Below, piece after piece: positions 47,308-55,549 of a DNA stretch of 64,000 nt. The notes below the pieces were generated by a model. The model saw only the letters and a program-made list of their open reading frames with translations, searched no databases and was not told the DNA's origin. This DNA is from Myxococcota bacterium (GTDB lineage Bacteria; Myxococcota_A; UBA9160; SMWR01), in the NCBI GenBank assembly GCA_036560145.1, contig DATBRV010000120.1:22258-86257 (forward strand). The letters run 5' to 3'. Position 1 is the first letter of the stretch. The number at the start of each line of letters is the position of its first letter. The translations under genes were made by a program, and so were the position numbers.

Positions 47308-50300
47308 ATGGAGACTCTGCGAACCACGGCCTCGCGCAATCCGCGAATCCTGCTGCTCGCCGACCGCCCGGGCTGGGCATACGACACGGCCGCGCGCGCG
47401 ATCGCGGACCGCCTCGCGGGCGACTTCGAGTTCCGGATCGAGTACGTGCGCGACAAGCCCGACCTCTCGCGCTGGCCGTTCGACATCCTCCACGTGTTCT
47501 TCTGGGGCGAGACCCATCACCGGGATTTCGTCTCGGACCCGCGACGCGTGGTCAAAGAGGTCAGCTCGCACCGCTGGGCGAACCTGGCCGTCTTCGGCCA
47601 CCTGACGCCCGAGCAGATGGCGCGGCGCCACCTCGCCGATGCGGCGACGCTCACCGCGACGTCCCGGCGGCTGCAGCGGATCTTCGAGCCATTTCGCGAG
47701 GTGCACTGGTGCCCGAACGGATTCGATCCGGCGAGCTTCGGGCTGCGGCGCGAGCGCACGGGGCCGCTGCGCATCGGCTGGGCCGGCAACCGGGACGACT
47801 CCTGCAAGGGCCTGTACGACATCCTCGAGCCCGCCGCCGCGGGCGGGTACGAGATCGTCGTCGCGGGTGGGGACGTGGAACCTGCGCAGATGGTCGAGTT
47901 CTACAACTCGATCGACGTCCTGTGCGTGGCGTCCACCGACGAAGGCGAGCCGCTTACGCTGATCGAAGGCATGGCGTGCGGCGTGTTCCCAGTGGCCGTC
48001 GACGTCGGCATCGTCCCGGAGCTGGTGCGCCACGGCGAGAACGGGCTGATCGTGGAACGCTCGGCGGCTGCCTTCCGCGCGGCCTTCCAGTGGTGCGAGG
48101 CCCATCTCGACGAAGTTCGCTCGGCGGGACGGGAGAACGCCGGCAGCCTGCTCGCAACGCGTACCTGGGACGCCGTGGCCGTGCACTGGCGCGAGGTCTT
48201 CGAACGCGCCCTTCGGCTCGCGCGGAGCGGGTCCGAGCCGCGCACGGCCGCCGATCGCACCTGGCAGGCGAACCTTGGTACGAACGACACCCTCGCGCAG
48301 TGGCCGGAGCGCGCCCAGGCGGCGGCGCGGTTGCTCGCGGAGCTCCCGATCCGCACGGGCGACAGCGTGCTCGACCTCGGTTGCGGGCAACAGACCATCC
48401 GGCGCTGGCTGCCCAGCGGCACCCGCTATCTGCCCGTCGATCGCCTGGCGCGAACGCCCGACACGCAGGTCCTCGACCTCGAGCACGAGTTCCCAACGGG
48501 CCGGCACCGCGCAGCCGTGGTGCTCGGGTTGCTCGAATACCTGGAGCGTCCGCTCGACCTGCTCTCGCGCATCGCGCGGGCGGTCGACTTCTGCGTCTTC
48601 TCGCTCAACGGCGATCCCGATCCGGAGCGACGGCGCCGGCAGCACTGGAAGCCTCGGGTCGCCCCCGAGCTGCTCGAGCGCCACCTGCGTTCGCTCGGCG
48701 GCCGGGTCCACCGACGCGTCGATCTCGGAAGGGGCCTCGAGCTGTTCGCGATCGACTTCAGCGCGGGGGTCGGTCGGCACGCGGGCCCGGGAAGGCGCCT
48801 CGCGCTGCTGGACGCCTCCCACACCAGCACCAACTCGGGTGATGCCGTGATCACCGACGCGATCCGGCGTATGCTCGGGCCGAACGCATTCGAGACGTTT
48901 CCGCTGCTCGAGCCCTTGCGCGACGCGCAGATCGAAGCCGTCAACGCGTGCGACGCCGTGATCCTCTGCGGCACGAACCTGTACCAGCAGCGCTTCGCCT
49001 GCGCCCTCTCCGAGGCGATCGTCCGTCGAATCCGGGTGCCGATCATCCCCCTGGGACTCGGCGCCAGCGCGCCGATCGGCGAGCTGCCGGCGATGAACGC
49101 CGGCGACGCGAGGGTCGTGCGCGAGATCCACGACCGCTGCGAGGTCGCCAGCGTACGCGACCCGGACTCGCTGCGATTCGTAGAGCGGCTCGGCGTTCAG
49201 AACGCCGTGCTCACCGGCTGCCCAGTGCTCTTTCACGGTCTCGTGCCCCCGGACTTCGCTGCGCGCCCGGAGGGCCCCCTGCACCTCGCGATCCGCGCAC
49301 GCCTGCTGCACGTCGCCGAACGCTGGCTGGAGAAGGAGATCGAGATCCTCGAGGCGATCTGTCGGGACCTGCGACCCGTGCTGGTGTTGCAGAGCCCCTT
49401 CGACGTACCCATCGCAGAGGATCTCGCGCGCCGGTTCGGCGTCGAGTTCAGCTGGGATCCGCGCACGGACTCGTGCGAGCCGCTGCTGCGCAGCATCGCC
49501 GCCGCCGGGCGGACGGCCGGATTCCGGCTCCACTTCGGGATGCTCGGACTCAGCCACGGGCGCGCCGCCACCTTGATCGGCTCCGACACGCGGGTCGCGT
49601 CGTTCTGCGAGATGATGGGAATCCCCTGGCACGACGTGCGCAGCTGCCGCGCGGAAGACGTCGTGCGCGAGCTCCGCGAGCCCGCCGCGGGCCTCGAGCG
49701 GTTCCCGGGCCGCTGGCAGGAGCTGCGCGCGGCGATGGCGGCGATGCTCGACGCGAACGGCCTGCCGCACCAGCTCGGAGAGCAGGCGGCGAGCCGAGAG
49801 CCGGCTCGCGTCGAGACCGCGCAGCGCACCGCGCCTCGCGTGACGGTGCTGCTCCCCGTCCACGACGCGGAGCGGTACCTCCCCGAAGCGATCGAGAGCG
49901 TGCTCGCGCAGAGCTTCTGCGACTTCGAGCTGCTCGCGATCGACGACGGCTCGCGCGACGGCTCGGCCGCGATCCTCGACGCGTACGCGCGCCGCGACTA
50001 CCGCGTGCGCGTGGTGCGCCGCCCGCACGCCGGGCTGGTGGCGACGCTCAACGCGGGCCTCGAGCTCGCGCGGGCCGAACTGATTGCGCGCCTCGACGCC
50101 GACGACGTGGCGCTCCCGCAGCGGCTCGAGAGCCAGCTGGCCCGGCTCGCGCGCGAGCCCGAGCTGGTCTGCATCGGCGGCGGCTTCGAGCTGATCGACG
50201 AAGCCGGCCGCGCCTTCGACCGCGCCTTCCCGCCCTGCGATCATGCGGCCATCCTCGCGCGCGCGCTGCGCGGCGAGTCGCCGATCAGCCACTCGGCGGC

Positions 50301-50754
50301 CACCTACCGGCGCGATCTCGTGCGCCGGCTGGGCGGCTACGACGAGCGGGCGCGCTGGGTCGAGGATCTCGATCTCTGGCTGCGGCTCTCGGAGCACGGC
50401 GAGCTCGCCAACCTTCCGACCCTCGTCTGCCGCGTGCGCCATCACGAGCGCTCGGTGAGCGAGCGGCATGCGGCCGAGCAGCTCGCGCAGGCAAGACGCG
50501 TGGCCGAGATCGCCTGCCGGCGCCGCGGGCTCGACACCTCGCTCGTCCAGCCGCGCCCCTGGCGCGCGCCCCCGGATCGCGGCTCGCGGCAGATCCTCGC
50601 GCTGGGCCGCGCGCTCTCCGCCTGGCGGATCGGCGAGCGCGGCACCGCGCTGCGCTACGCCGCGCGCGCCCTCTGGATCCAGCCCGCGAGCCTTCCCCTC
50701 TGGCGCACGCTGGGCCACGAGCTGAAGGCGAGCCTGCTGCGCGGACCCACATGA
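47308..50754 (+). CDS. four-domain fusion: GT4-like GT-B / SAM methyltransferase / polysaccharide pyruvyl-transferase-like / GT2 (GT-A)
   Basis: DEGEPLTLIEGMACGVFPV (GT4, about aa 10-320). DSVLDLGCGQQ...VVLGLLEYLE (MT, about aa 350-470). LLDASHTSTNSGDAVITDAI...ILCGTNLY (pyruvyl-transferase-like, about aa 495-810). VTVLLPVHDAERYL...LLAIDDGSRDGS...RLDADD (GT2, from about aa 843). ATG 47308 has GGGAGAG upstream. Alternative ATG at 47269. Confidence 0.75.
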   Translation: METLRTTASRNPRILLLADRPGWAYDTAARAIADRLAGDFEFRIEYVRDKPDLSRWPFDILHVFFWGETHHRDFVSDPRRVVKEVSSHRWANLAVFGHLTPEQMARRHLADAATLTATSRRLQRIFEPFREVHWCPNGFDPASFGLRRERTGPLRIGWAGNRDDSCKGLYDILEPAAAGGYEIVVAGGDVEPAQMVEFYNSIDVLCVASTDEGEPLTLIEGMACGVFPVAVDVGIVPELVRHGENGLIVERSAAAFRAAFQWCEAHLDEVRSAGRENAGSLLATRTWDAVAVHWREVFERALRLARSGSEPRTAADRTWQANLGTNDTLAQWPERAQAAARLLAELPIRTGDSVLDLGCGQQTIRRWLPSGTRYLPVDRLARTPDTQVLDLEHEFPTGRHRAAVVLGLLEYLERPLDLLSRIARAVDFCVFSLNGDPDPERRRRQHWKPRVAPELLERHLRSLGGRVHRRVDLGRGLELFAIDFSAGVGRHAGPGRRLALLDASHTSTNSGDAVITDAIRRMLGPNAFETFPLLEPLRDAQIEAVNACDAVILCGTNLYQQRFACALSEAIVRRIRVPIIPLGLGASAPIGELPAMNAGDARVVREIHDRCEVASVRDPDSLRFVERLGVQNAVLTGCPVLFHGLVPPDFAARPEGPLHLAIRARLLHVAERWLEKEIEILEAICRDLRPVLVLQSPFDVPIAEDLARRFGVEFSWDPRTDSCEPLLRSIAAAGRTAGFRLHFGMLGLSHGRAATLIGSDTRVASFCEMMGIPWHDVRSCRAEDVVRELREPAAGLERFPGRWQELRAAMAAMLDANGLPHQLGEQAASREPARVETAQRTAPRVTVLLPVHDAERYLPEAIESVLAQSFCDFELLAIDDGSRDGSAAILDAYARRDYRVRVVRRPHAGLVATLNAGLELARAELIARLDADDVALPQRLESQLARLAREPELVCIGGGFELIDEAGRAFDRAFPPCDHAAILARALRGESPISHSAATYRRDLVRRLGGYDERARWVEDLDLWLRLSEHGELANLPTLVCRVRHHERSVSERHAAEQLAQARRVAEIACRRRGLDTSLVQPRPWRAPPDRGSRQILALGRALSAWRIGERGTALRYAARALWIQPASLPLWRTLGHELKASLLRGPT

Positions 50755-51683
50755 CGTCGCTGAGCGTCGTGATGCCGGTCTACGACGCGGAGCGCTGGGT
50801 CGCCGCCGCGGTCGAGAGCCTGCTGCGCCAGACCCACACCGACTTCGAGCTGCTGATCTTCGACGACGGCTCGCGCGACCGCACGCTGGAGATCATCGAA
50901 GCCTTCCAGGATCCCCGCATCCGCCTGCACCGCCGGCCGCACGCGGGCTATTCGATCTGGCTGCGCGAGGGCGTCCAGCTCGCGCGCGGGGAGTACCTCG
51001 CGCGCATGGACGCCGACGACGTGGCCCGGCCGCAGCGCTTCGAGCTACAGCTCGCCCATCTCCGGCGACACCCGGAGTGCGTGGCGCTCGGCAGCGAGGT
51101 GCTGCTGGTCGATCCCGAAGGCCGCCCGCTGGGCGAGCGCGGCGTTCCGCTCCGGCACGAGGCGATCGAAGCCGACCTGCTCGCGGGGCGCGGCGGCTCG
51201 CTGGTGCACCCGTCGGCGATCTTCCGGCGCGAAGCGCTGCTCGCGGTCGGGGGCTACCGGCCGGAATGCGAGCCGGCCGAGGACCTCGACCTCTACCTCC
51301 GGCTCGCGGAGAAGGGACGCCTCGCCAACCTGCGCGACACCCTGCTCGAGCATCGCCTGCACATCGGCAAGGTGAGCGCCGAGCGCGCCGGGGAGCAGCG
51401 GCGGCAGCTGCTCGCGATCCTGCGCGACGCGCGGATGCGACGCGGCCTCCCGCCCGAGGCGGTCTCGCTTCCGCCCGTCGCGGAGCGGTTGTCCGCGGTC
51501 GACTACTGGCACTACTGGGCGCGCAGCGCGATCCGCGCCCGCCGGCTTCCGATCGCGCGCCGCTACGCGCTCGCCGCGCTGATCCGGCAGCCCGTCGCCC
51601 GCCGCTCCTGGAAGCTGCTGGCGAGCGCCCTGCTCGGCCGGCGGGCCCACGGCCTGAAGCGCCTGCGCGAGCTGCTGCGATGA
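50751..51683 (+). CDS. glycosyltransferase family 2 (paralogue 2 of 3)
   Basis: LSVVMPVYDAERWV, LLIFDDGSRDRT, RMDADD, AEDLDLYLRL. ATGA overlap with the fusion gene. Confidence 0.85.
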   Translation: MTSLSVVMPVYDAERWVAAAVESLLRQTHTDFELLIFDDGSRDRTLEIIEAFQDPRIRLHRRPHAGYSIWLREGVQLARGEYLARMDADDVARPQRFELQLAHLRRHPECVALGSEVLLVDPEGRPLGERGVPLRHEAIEADLLAGRGGSLVHPSAIFRREALLAVGGYRPECEPAEDLDLYLRLAEKGRLANLRDTLLEHRLHIGKVSAERAGEQRRQLLAILRDARMRRGLPPEAVSLPPVAERLSAVDYWHYWARSAIRARRLPIARRYALAALIRQPVARRSWKLLASALLGRRAHGLKRLRELLR

Positions 51684-52648
51684 AGCCGCAGGTGAGCGTC
51701 ACCATGGCGGTCCACGACGCCGAGCGATATCTCGGCGCCGCCCTCGAGAGCATCGAGCGCCAGAGCTTCCCGGACTTCGAGCTGATCGCCGTCGACGACG
51801 GCTCGCGCGACGGCTCGCTGGCGATCCTCCAGCGCCACGCCGCGCGGGATCCGCGCCTGCGGGTGATCGCGCGGCCCCACTCGGGGATCGCCGTCACGCG
51901 CAACGCCGCGCTGGCCGCGGCCCAGGCGGACCTGGTGGCGGTGATGGACGCCGACGACGTCGCGCATCCCGAGCGCCTCGCGCGGCAAGTGGCGCACCTG
52001 CGATCGCACCCCGAGATCGTGGCGCTGGGAGCCGGCGCCCTGATCATCGATCCCGAAGGCTGGCCGATCCGCCGGCTCGAGGCGCCGCTCGAGCACGCCG
52101 CGATCGACGCGGCCCTGATGCGGGGACGGGGAGAAGCGCTCGTGCACCCCTCGGTCGTCTTCCGGCGCGACTCCCTGCTCGCCGCCTCGGGCTACCGCGA
52201 GGGCATCGACAGCGTCGAAGACCTCGACCTCTGCCTGCGCCTCGCCGAGCGCGGGCGCCTGGCCAATCTGCCGGAGACGCTGCTCGAGTACCGCCATCAC
52301 CTGCGCAAGTCGACCTACGCGCTGGGGAGCGAGCACCGCCGGCTCGCGAACCGGGTGCTGCGCGACGCGCAGCTCCGGCGCGGGCTCGACGCCGCGAGCG
52401 GCTACCAGATGCCGGCGCTCGCGGGCGAGACGCCCGCCGTCGACTATCGCTGCGAGTGGGTGCGCCAGGCCGTGATCGGCGGAAACCTCGCGACCGCGCG
52501 CAAGCACGCACTCGCCGTGCTGCGCGAGCAGCCCGGGCGGGCTCGCAGCTGGCAGCTGCTCGCGCGCGCCCTCTTCGGCTTGCGCAGCGAGCCCCTCCGG
52601 CGCTGGCTCGGGCGTCCGGGCGCCGCCGTGAACGGAGCCGGCCGATGA
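51680..52648 (+). CDS. glycosyltransferase family 2 (paralogue 3 of 3)
   Basis: VSVTMAVHDAERYL, LIAVDDGSRDGS, VMDADD, VEDLDLCLRL. ATGA overlap. Confidence 0.85.
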   Translation: MKPQVSVTMAVHDAERYLGAALESIERQSFPDFELIAVDDGSRDGSLAILQRHAARDPRLRVIARPHSGIAVTRNAALAAAQADLVAVMDADDVAHPERLARQVAHLRSHPEIVALGAGALIIDPEGWPIRRLEAPLEHAAIDAALMRGRGEALVHPSVVFRRDSLLAASGYREGIDSVEDLDLCLRLAERGRLANLPETLLEYRHHLRKSTYALGSEHRRLANRVLRDAQLRRGLDAASGYQMPALAGETPAVDYRCEWVRQAVIGGNLATARKHALAVLREQPGRARSWQLLARALFGLRSEPLRRWLGRPGAAVNGAGR

Positions 52649-54402
52649 GCGAGGCGGCCGACGCAACGATCCACGTCGCCTGCGCCGCCGACGATCGCTT
52701 CGCGATGCCGCTCGCGGTCACCCTGCGCTCGGCGCTCGACGCGATCTCCGAGCCGCACCGGCTCGAGGTGCACGTGCTCGACGGCGGGATCCGCCCCTCG
52801 AATCGTGAGCGGCTGGAGCGCACGCTCGACTCGCCGCGCGTTCGCCTGCGCTTCGTGACGCCCCCCGCCGACGCGCTCCGGGAGATCCCGCGCAGCGGCC
52901 GCTTCACGCCGGCCGCGTTCTATCGGCTGCTGGCGGACCGCCTGCTGCCGGCCTCGCTGCCGCGCGCGCTCTACCTCGACGCCGACCTGGTGGTGGTGGC
53001 GGATCTCGCGCGCCTGTGGGACGAGCCGCTGCGGGGGCTACCGCTGCTCGCGGTGCGCGACGCCGGCGCCCCGACCGTATCCTCGCCGTGGGGCCTGTTG
53101 AACCACCGCGAGCTCGGCCTCGCGCCGGACCTCGCGTACTTCAACTCCGGGGTCCTCTCGCTCGACCTCGCGCGTTGGCGGCAGGAGGAGATCGGCGAGC
53201 AGCTGCTCCGCTACCTCGCGACACACAAGAACGTGATCCGCTGGCCCGACCAGGACACGATGAACGCGGTGCTGGCGGGCCGCTGGGGCGAGCTGGATCC
53301 GCGCTGGAACCAGATGCCCCAGGCCCGGGAGACTCGCGATCCCTGGATCCTCCACTTCTCCACCTGGTCGAAGCCTTGGCACTGGGACTGCGCGCACCCC
53401 GAGCGCGCGCGCTTCTTCGAGGTCCTCGACCGCACGGCCTGGGCGGGCTGGCGACCCCGCAAGGGGCTCCGGGACACGCAGGCGGTGCGGCAGGGGAAGA
53501 GGATTGCGCGCGGCGCCGCTCGCGCCCTGCGCAGCGCGGGCGGGCGCTGGCTTCGCAGCCACTACCGGAGCGCGCACGCGCTCGGGCGGGCCCGCTATGC
53601 GCTGGCGCACCGCGCGCAGCGGAATCTCCCGCCGCTGCTCGTGCATCAGATGGGGAAGGTGGGCTCCCTCTCGGTGCTCGAGATGCTGCGCGAAGCGTGT
53701 CCGGAGCGCGATCTCCACCACGTCCACTTCCTGGCGCCGGAATCGATCGCCGGAGAGGCGCGCATGTTCCGGAAGGGCTTCGCGCGCACCCACCGGATCG
53801 ACGAGCATCACTTCGCCAGCCTACACCTGCGGGCGCGCCTCGACGCCGACCCCGCGCAGCGCTGGCAGGTGGTGACGCTGACGCGCGATCCGGTCGCGCG
53901 GAATCTCTCCGCCTTCTTCCACAACCTCGCCTATGCCGCGCCCGAGCTGGCCGTCCGCGTCGAGCGCGGCGACTACACCGAGATTGCGGACGAGCTGCGC
54001 CGCCTGCTGGAGGCCACGCCCTGGTGGTGGAGGAATCCGCTCGAATGGTTCGACCGCGAGCTCGCGCCGGTCTTCGGCGTCGACGTCTTTGCGCAGCCCT
54101 TTGCGCGGGAGCGCGGCTGGAGCATCCACCGCTCGGAGCGGGCCGACGTGCTGGTGCTGAGGGTCGAGGACCTCTCACGCGTCGCGGGCGAGGCCTTCGA
54201 GGCCTTCCTCGGCGTCCCGCGCATCCGGTCTGCGCGACGCAACACCGGAGAGCACAAGCCCTACGCCGCCGCCTATCGCGAGCTGGCCCGCAGCCTCGCG
54301 CTCGACCCGGAGTTCCTCGACGGCATCTACGGGGCGTGGCGCACGCGCCATTTCTACACCGATCCGGAGATCGCGGCCTTCCGCTCTCGCTGGACCCGCT
54401 GA
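52645..54402 (+). CDS. glycosyltransferase family 8 fused to a sulfotransferase-like P-loop domain
   Basis: N-terminal part: IHVACAADDRFAMPLAV, LYLDADLVVVADL, YFNSGVLSLD, DQDTMN (GT8). C-terminal part: LLVHQMGKVGSLS (5'-PSB-like) and VVTLTRDPVARNLSAFFH (3'-PB-like RDPxxRxxS). ATGA overlap. Confidence 0.65.
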   Translation: MSEAADATIHVACAADDRFAMPLAVTLRSALDAISEPHRLEVHVLDGGIRPSNRERLERTLDSPRVRLRFVTPPADALREIPRSGRFTPAAFYRLLADRLLPASLPRALYLDADLVVVADLARLWDEPLRGLPLLAVRDAGAPTVSSPWGLLNHRELGLAPDLAYFNSGVLSLDLARWRQEEIGEQLLRYLATHKNVIRWPDQDTMNAVLAGRWGELDPRWNQMPQARETRDPWILHFSTWSKPWHWDCAHPERARFFEVLDRTAWAGWRPRKGLRDTQAVRQGKRIARGAARALRSAGGRWLRSHYRSAHALGRARYALAHRAQRNLPPLLVHQMGKVGSLSVLEMLREACPERDLHHVHFLAPESIAGEARMFRKGFARTHRIDEHHFASLHLRARLDADPAQRWQVVTLTRDPVARNLSAFFHNLAYAAPELAVRVERGDYTEIADELRRLLEATPWWWRNPLEWFDRELAPVFGVDVFAQPFARERGWSIHRSERADVLVLRVEDLSRVAGEAFEAFLGVPRIRSARRNTGEHKPYAAAYRELARSLALDPEFLDGIYGAWRTRHFYTDPEIAAFRSRWTR

Positions 54403-54407
54403 CGGGA

Positions 54408-55544
54408 TCAGCGGTACATCCCCGAGATCTGCTGCGCGATCCCCTCCCACGCGTAGCTCTCCAGCGAGACCTCGCGCGCGGCAGCGCCGAGCGCCTCGCG
54501 GCGGGCGTCCTCGCGGGCCAGCGCCAGGATCTCGCGGGCTAGGCGCGGCGGCTTGCTGGTGTCGCAGAGCACGCCCTCGACGCCGTCGTCGAGATACTCG
54601 CGGAACCCGGGGATGTCGGAGGCGATCACCGCCTTGCCGAAGCTCATCGCCAGCAGCAGCGCTCCGCTCTGATCGACGTGGTGGTACGGGAAGACGACCA
54701 CGTCGGCCATCCGCAGCAGCGCGACGAGCTCGGGATCGGTCGAGAATCGGGGGCGGAGCCGGATGCGCGCCTTCGCCTCGCTGCGCTCGATCGCGGACTC
54801 CAGCGCGCGCGCCAGCGCGGGCTCCGCCGCGCCCGCGATCACGAGATGGAGATCCTCCGCCTTGGCCAGCAGCTCGAAGGCCTCCAGCAGACGCTCCACG
54901 CCCTTGTAGGGCCGGATCAGCCCGAAGAAGAGCACCACGCGCGCGTCCTGCGGGATGTCGAAGCTGCTGCGGCAGGCGGCGCCGCCGTCGGCCGGGTGGG
55001 CTTCGACGAAGCCCTCGTAGTTCCCGTGCGGAACCAGCAGCAGCTTCTCCGGAGCGACGCCGAACTCGGCGATCAGCCGGTCGCGCGTGTGGGAGCTGAG
55101 CACGTGGATCCGGTCGGCGAGTCGGTACCAGCGCCGGTAGAAGCCGGCGTGCCAGGAGCGCGGCTCGTGGGGCACGGCGTTGTGCGCGGTGATCACCAGC
55201 CGGCGCAGGAACCGGCGCAGCGCGAAGTAGACCGGCGCCTCGAGGGCGGTGACCCGAAACGACTGGACGTGGACCGCGTCGCGGCGATGGCGCCAGAGCT
55301 CGAAGGCGAGGCGCGCGGTGCCGGCCAGCTCGCGCACCAGCTTGCGCAGCCGCCAGCGCCTTCCGCCGTAGCCCGGCAGCACCGGCAGCAGCCGGGCGCC
55401 GTCGCACGGCGCGAGGCGGGTATCGTCGACCGTCAGCACCGTGAGGCGCACGCGCTGCGCGAGCGCGCGCACCAGCTCCACCCCGTAGGCGTTCCCGCCC
55501 GAGAGGCTCTCGACCAGCAGCACCCGCGCGCGCGGCTCCGCCAT
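54408..55544 (-). CDS. glycosyltransferase family 4 (GT-B)
   Basis: ATG at 55544 (MAEPRARVLLV...). FFGLIRPYKG. SGALLLAMSFGKAVIAS. Confidence 0.75.
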   Translation of the reverse strand: MAEPRARVLLVESLSGGNAYGVELVRALAQRVRLTVLTVDDTRLAPCDGARLLPVLPGYGGRRWRLRKLVRELAGTARLAFELWRHRRDAVHVQSFRVTALEAPVYFALRRFLRRLVITAHNAVPHEPRSWHAGFYRRWYRLADRIHVLSSHTRDRLIAEFGVAPEKLLLVPHGNYEGFVEAHPADGGAACRSSFDIPQDARVVLFFGLIRPYKGVERLLEAFELLAKAEDLHLVIAGAAEPALARALESAIERSEAKARIRLRPRFSTDPELVALLRMADVVVFPYHHVDQSGALLLAMSFGKAVIASDIPGFREYLDDGVEGVLCDTSKPPRLAREILALAREDARREALGAAAREVSLESYAWEGIAQQISGMYR

Positions 55545-55549
55545 CCGCG

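Noticed and set aside
47245-50718. A 1157-aa ORF antisense to the four-domain fusion gene. Similar very long antisense or off-frame ORFs occur at 58393-62712, 3729-6284, 61012-62999 within 57966-62999, 10407-12527 and 15106-17466.
   Set aside because: Their translations are Arg/Ala/Gly/Pro-rich low-complexity sequence with no motifs. They overlap genes that have clear family signatures on the other strand or frame. Stop codons are rare by chance at this GC content.
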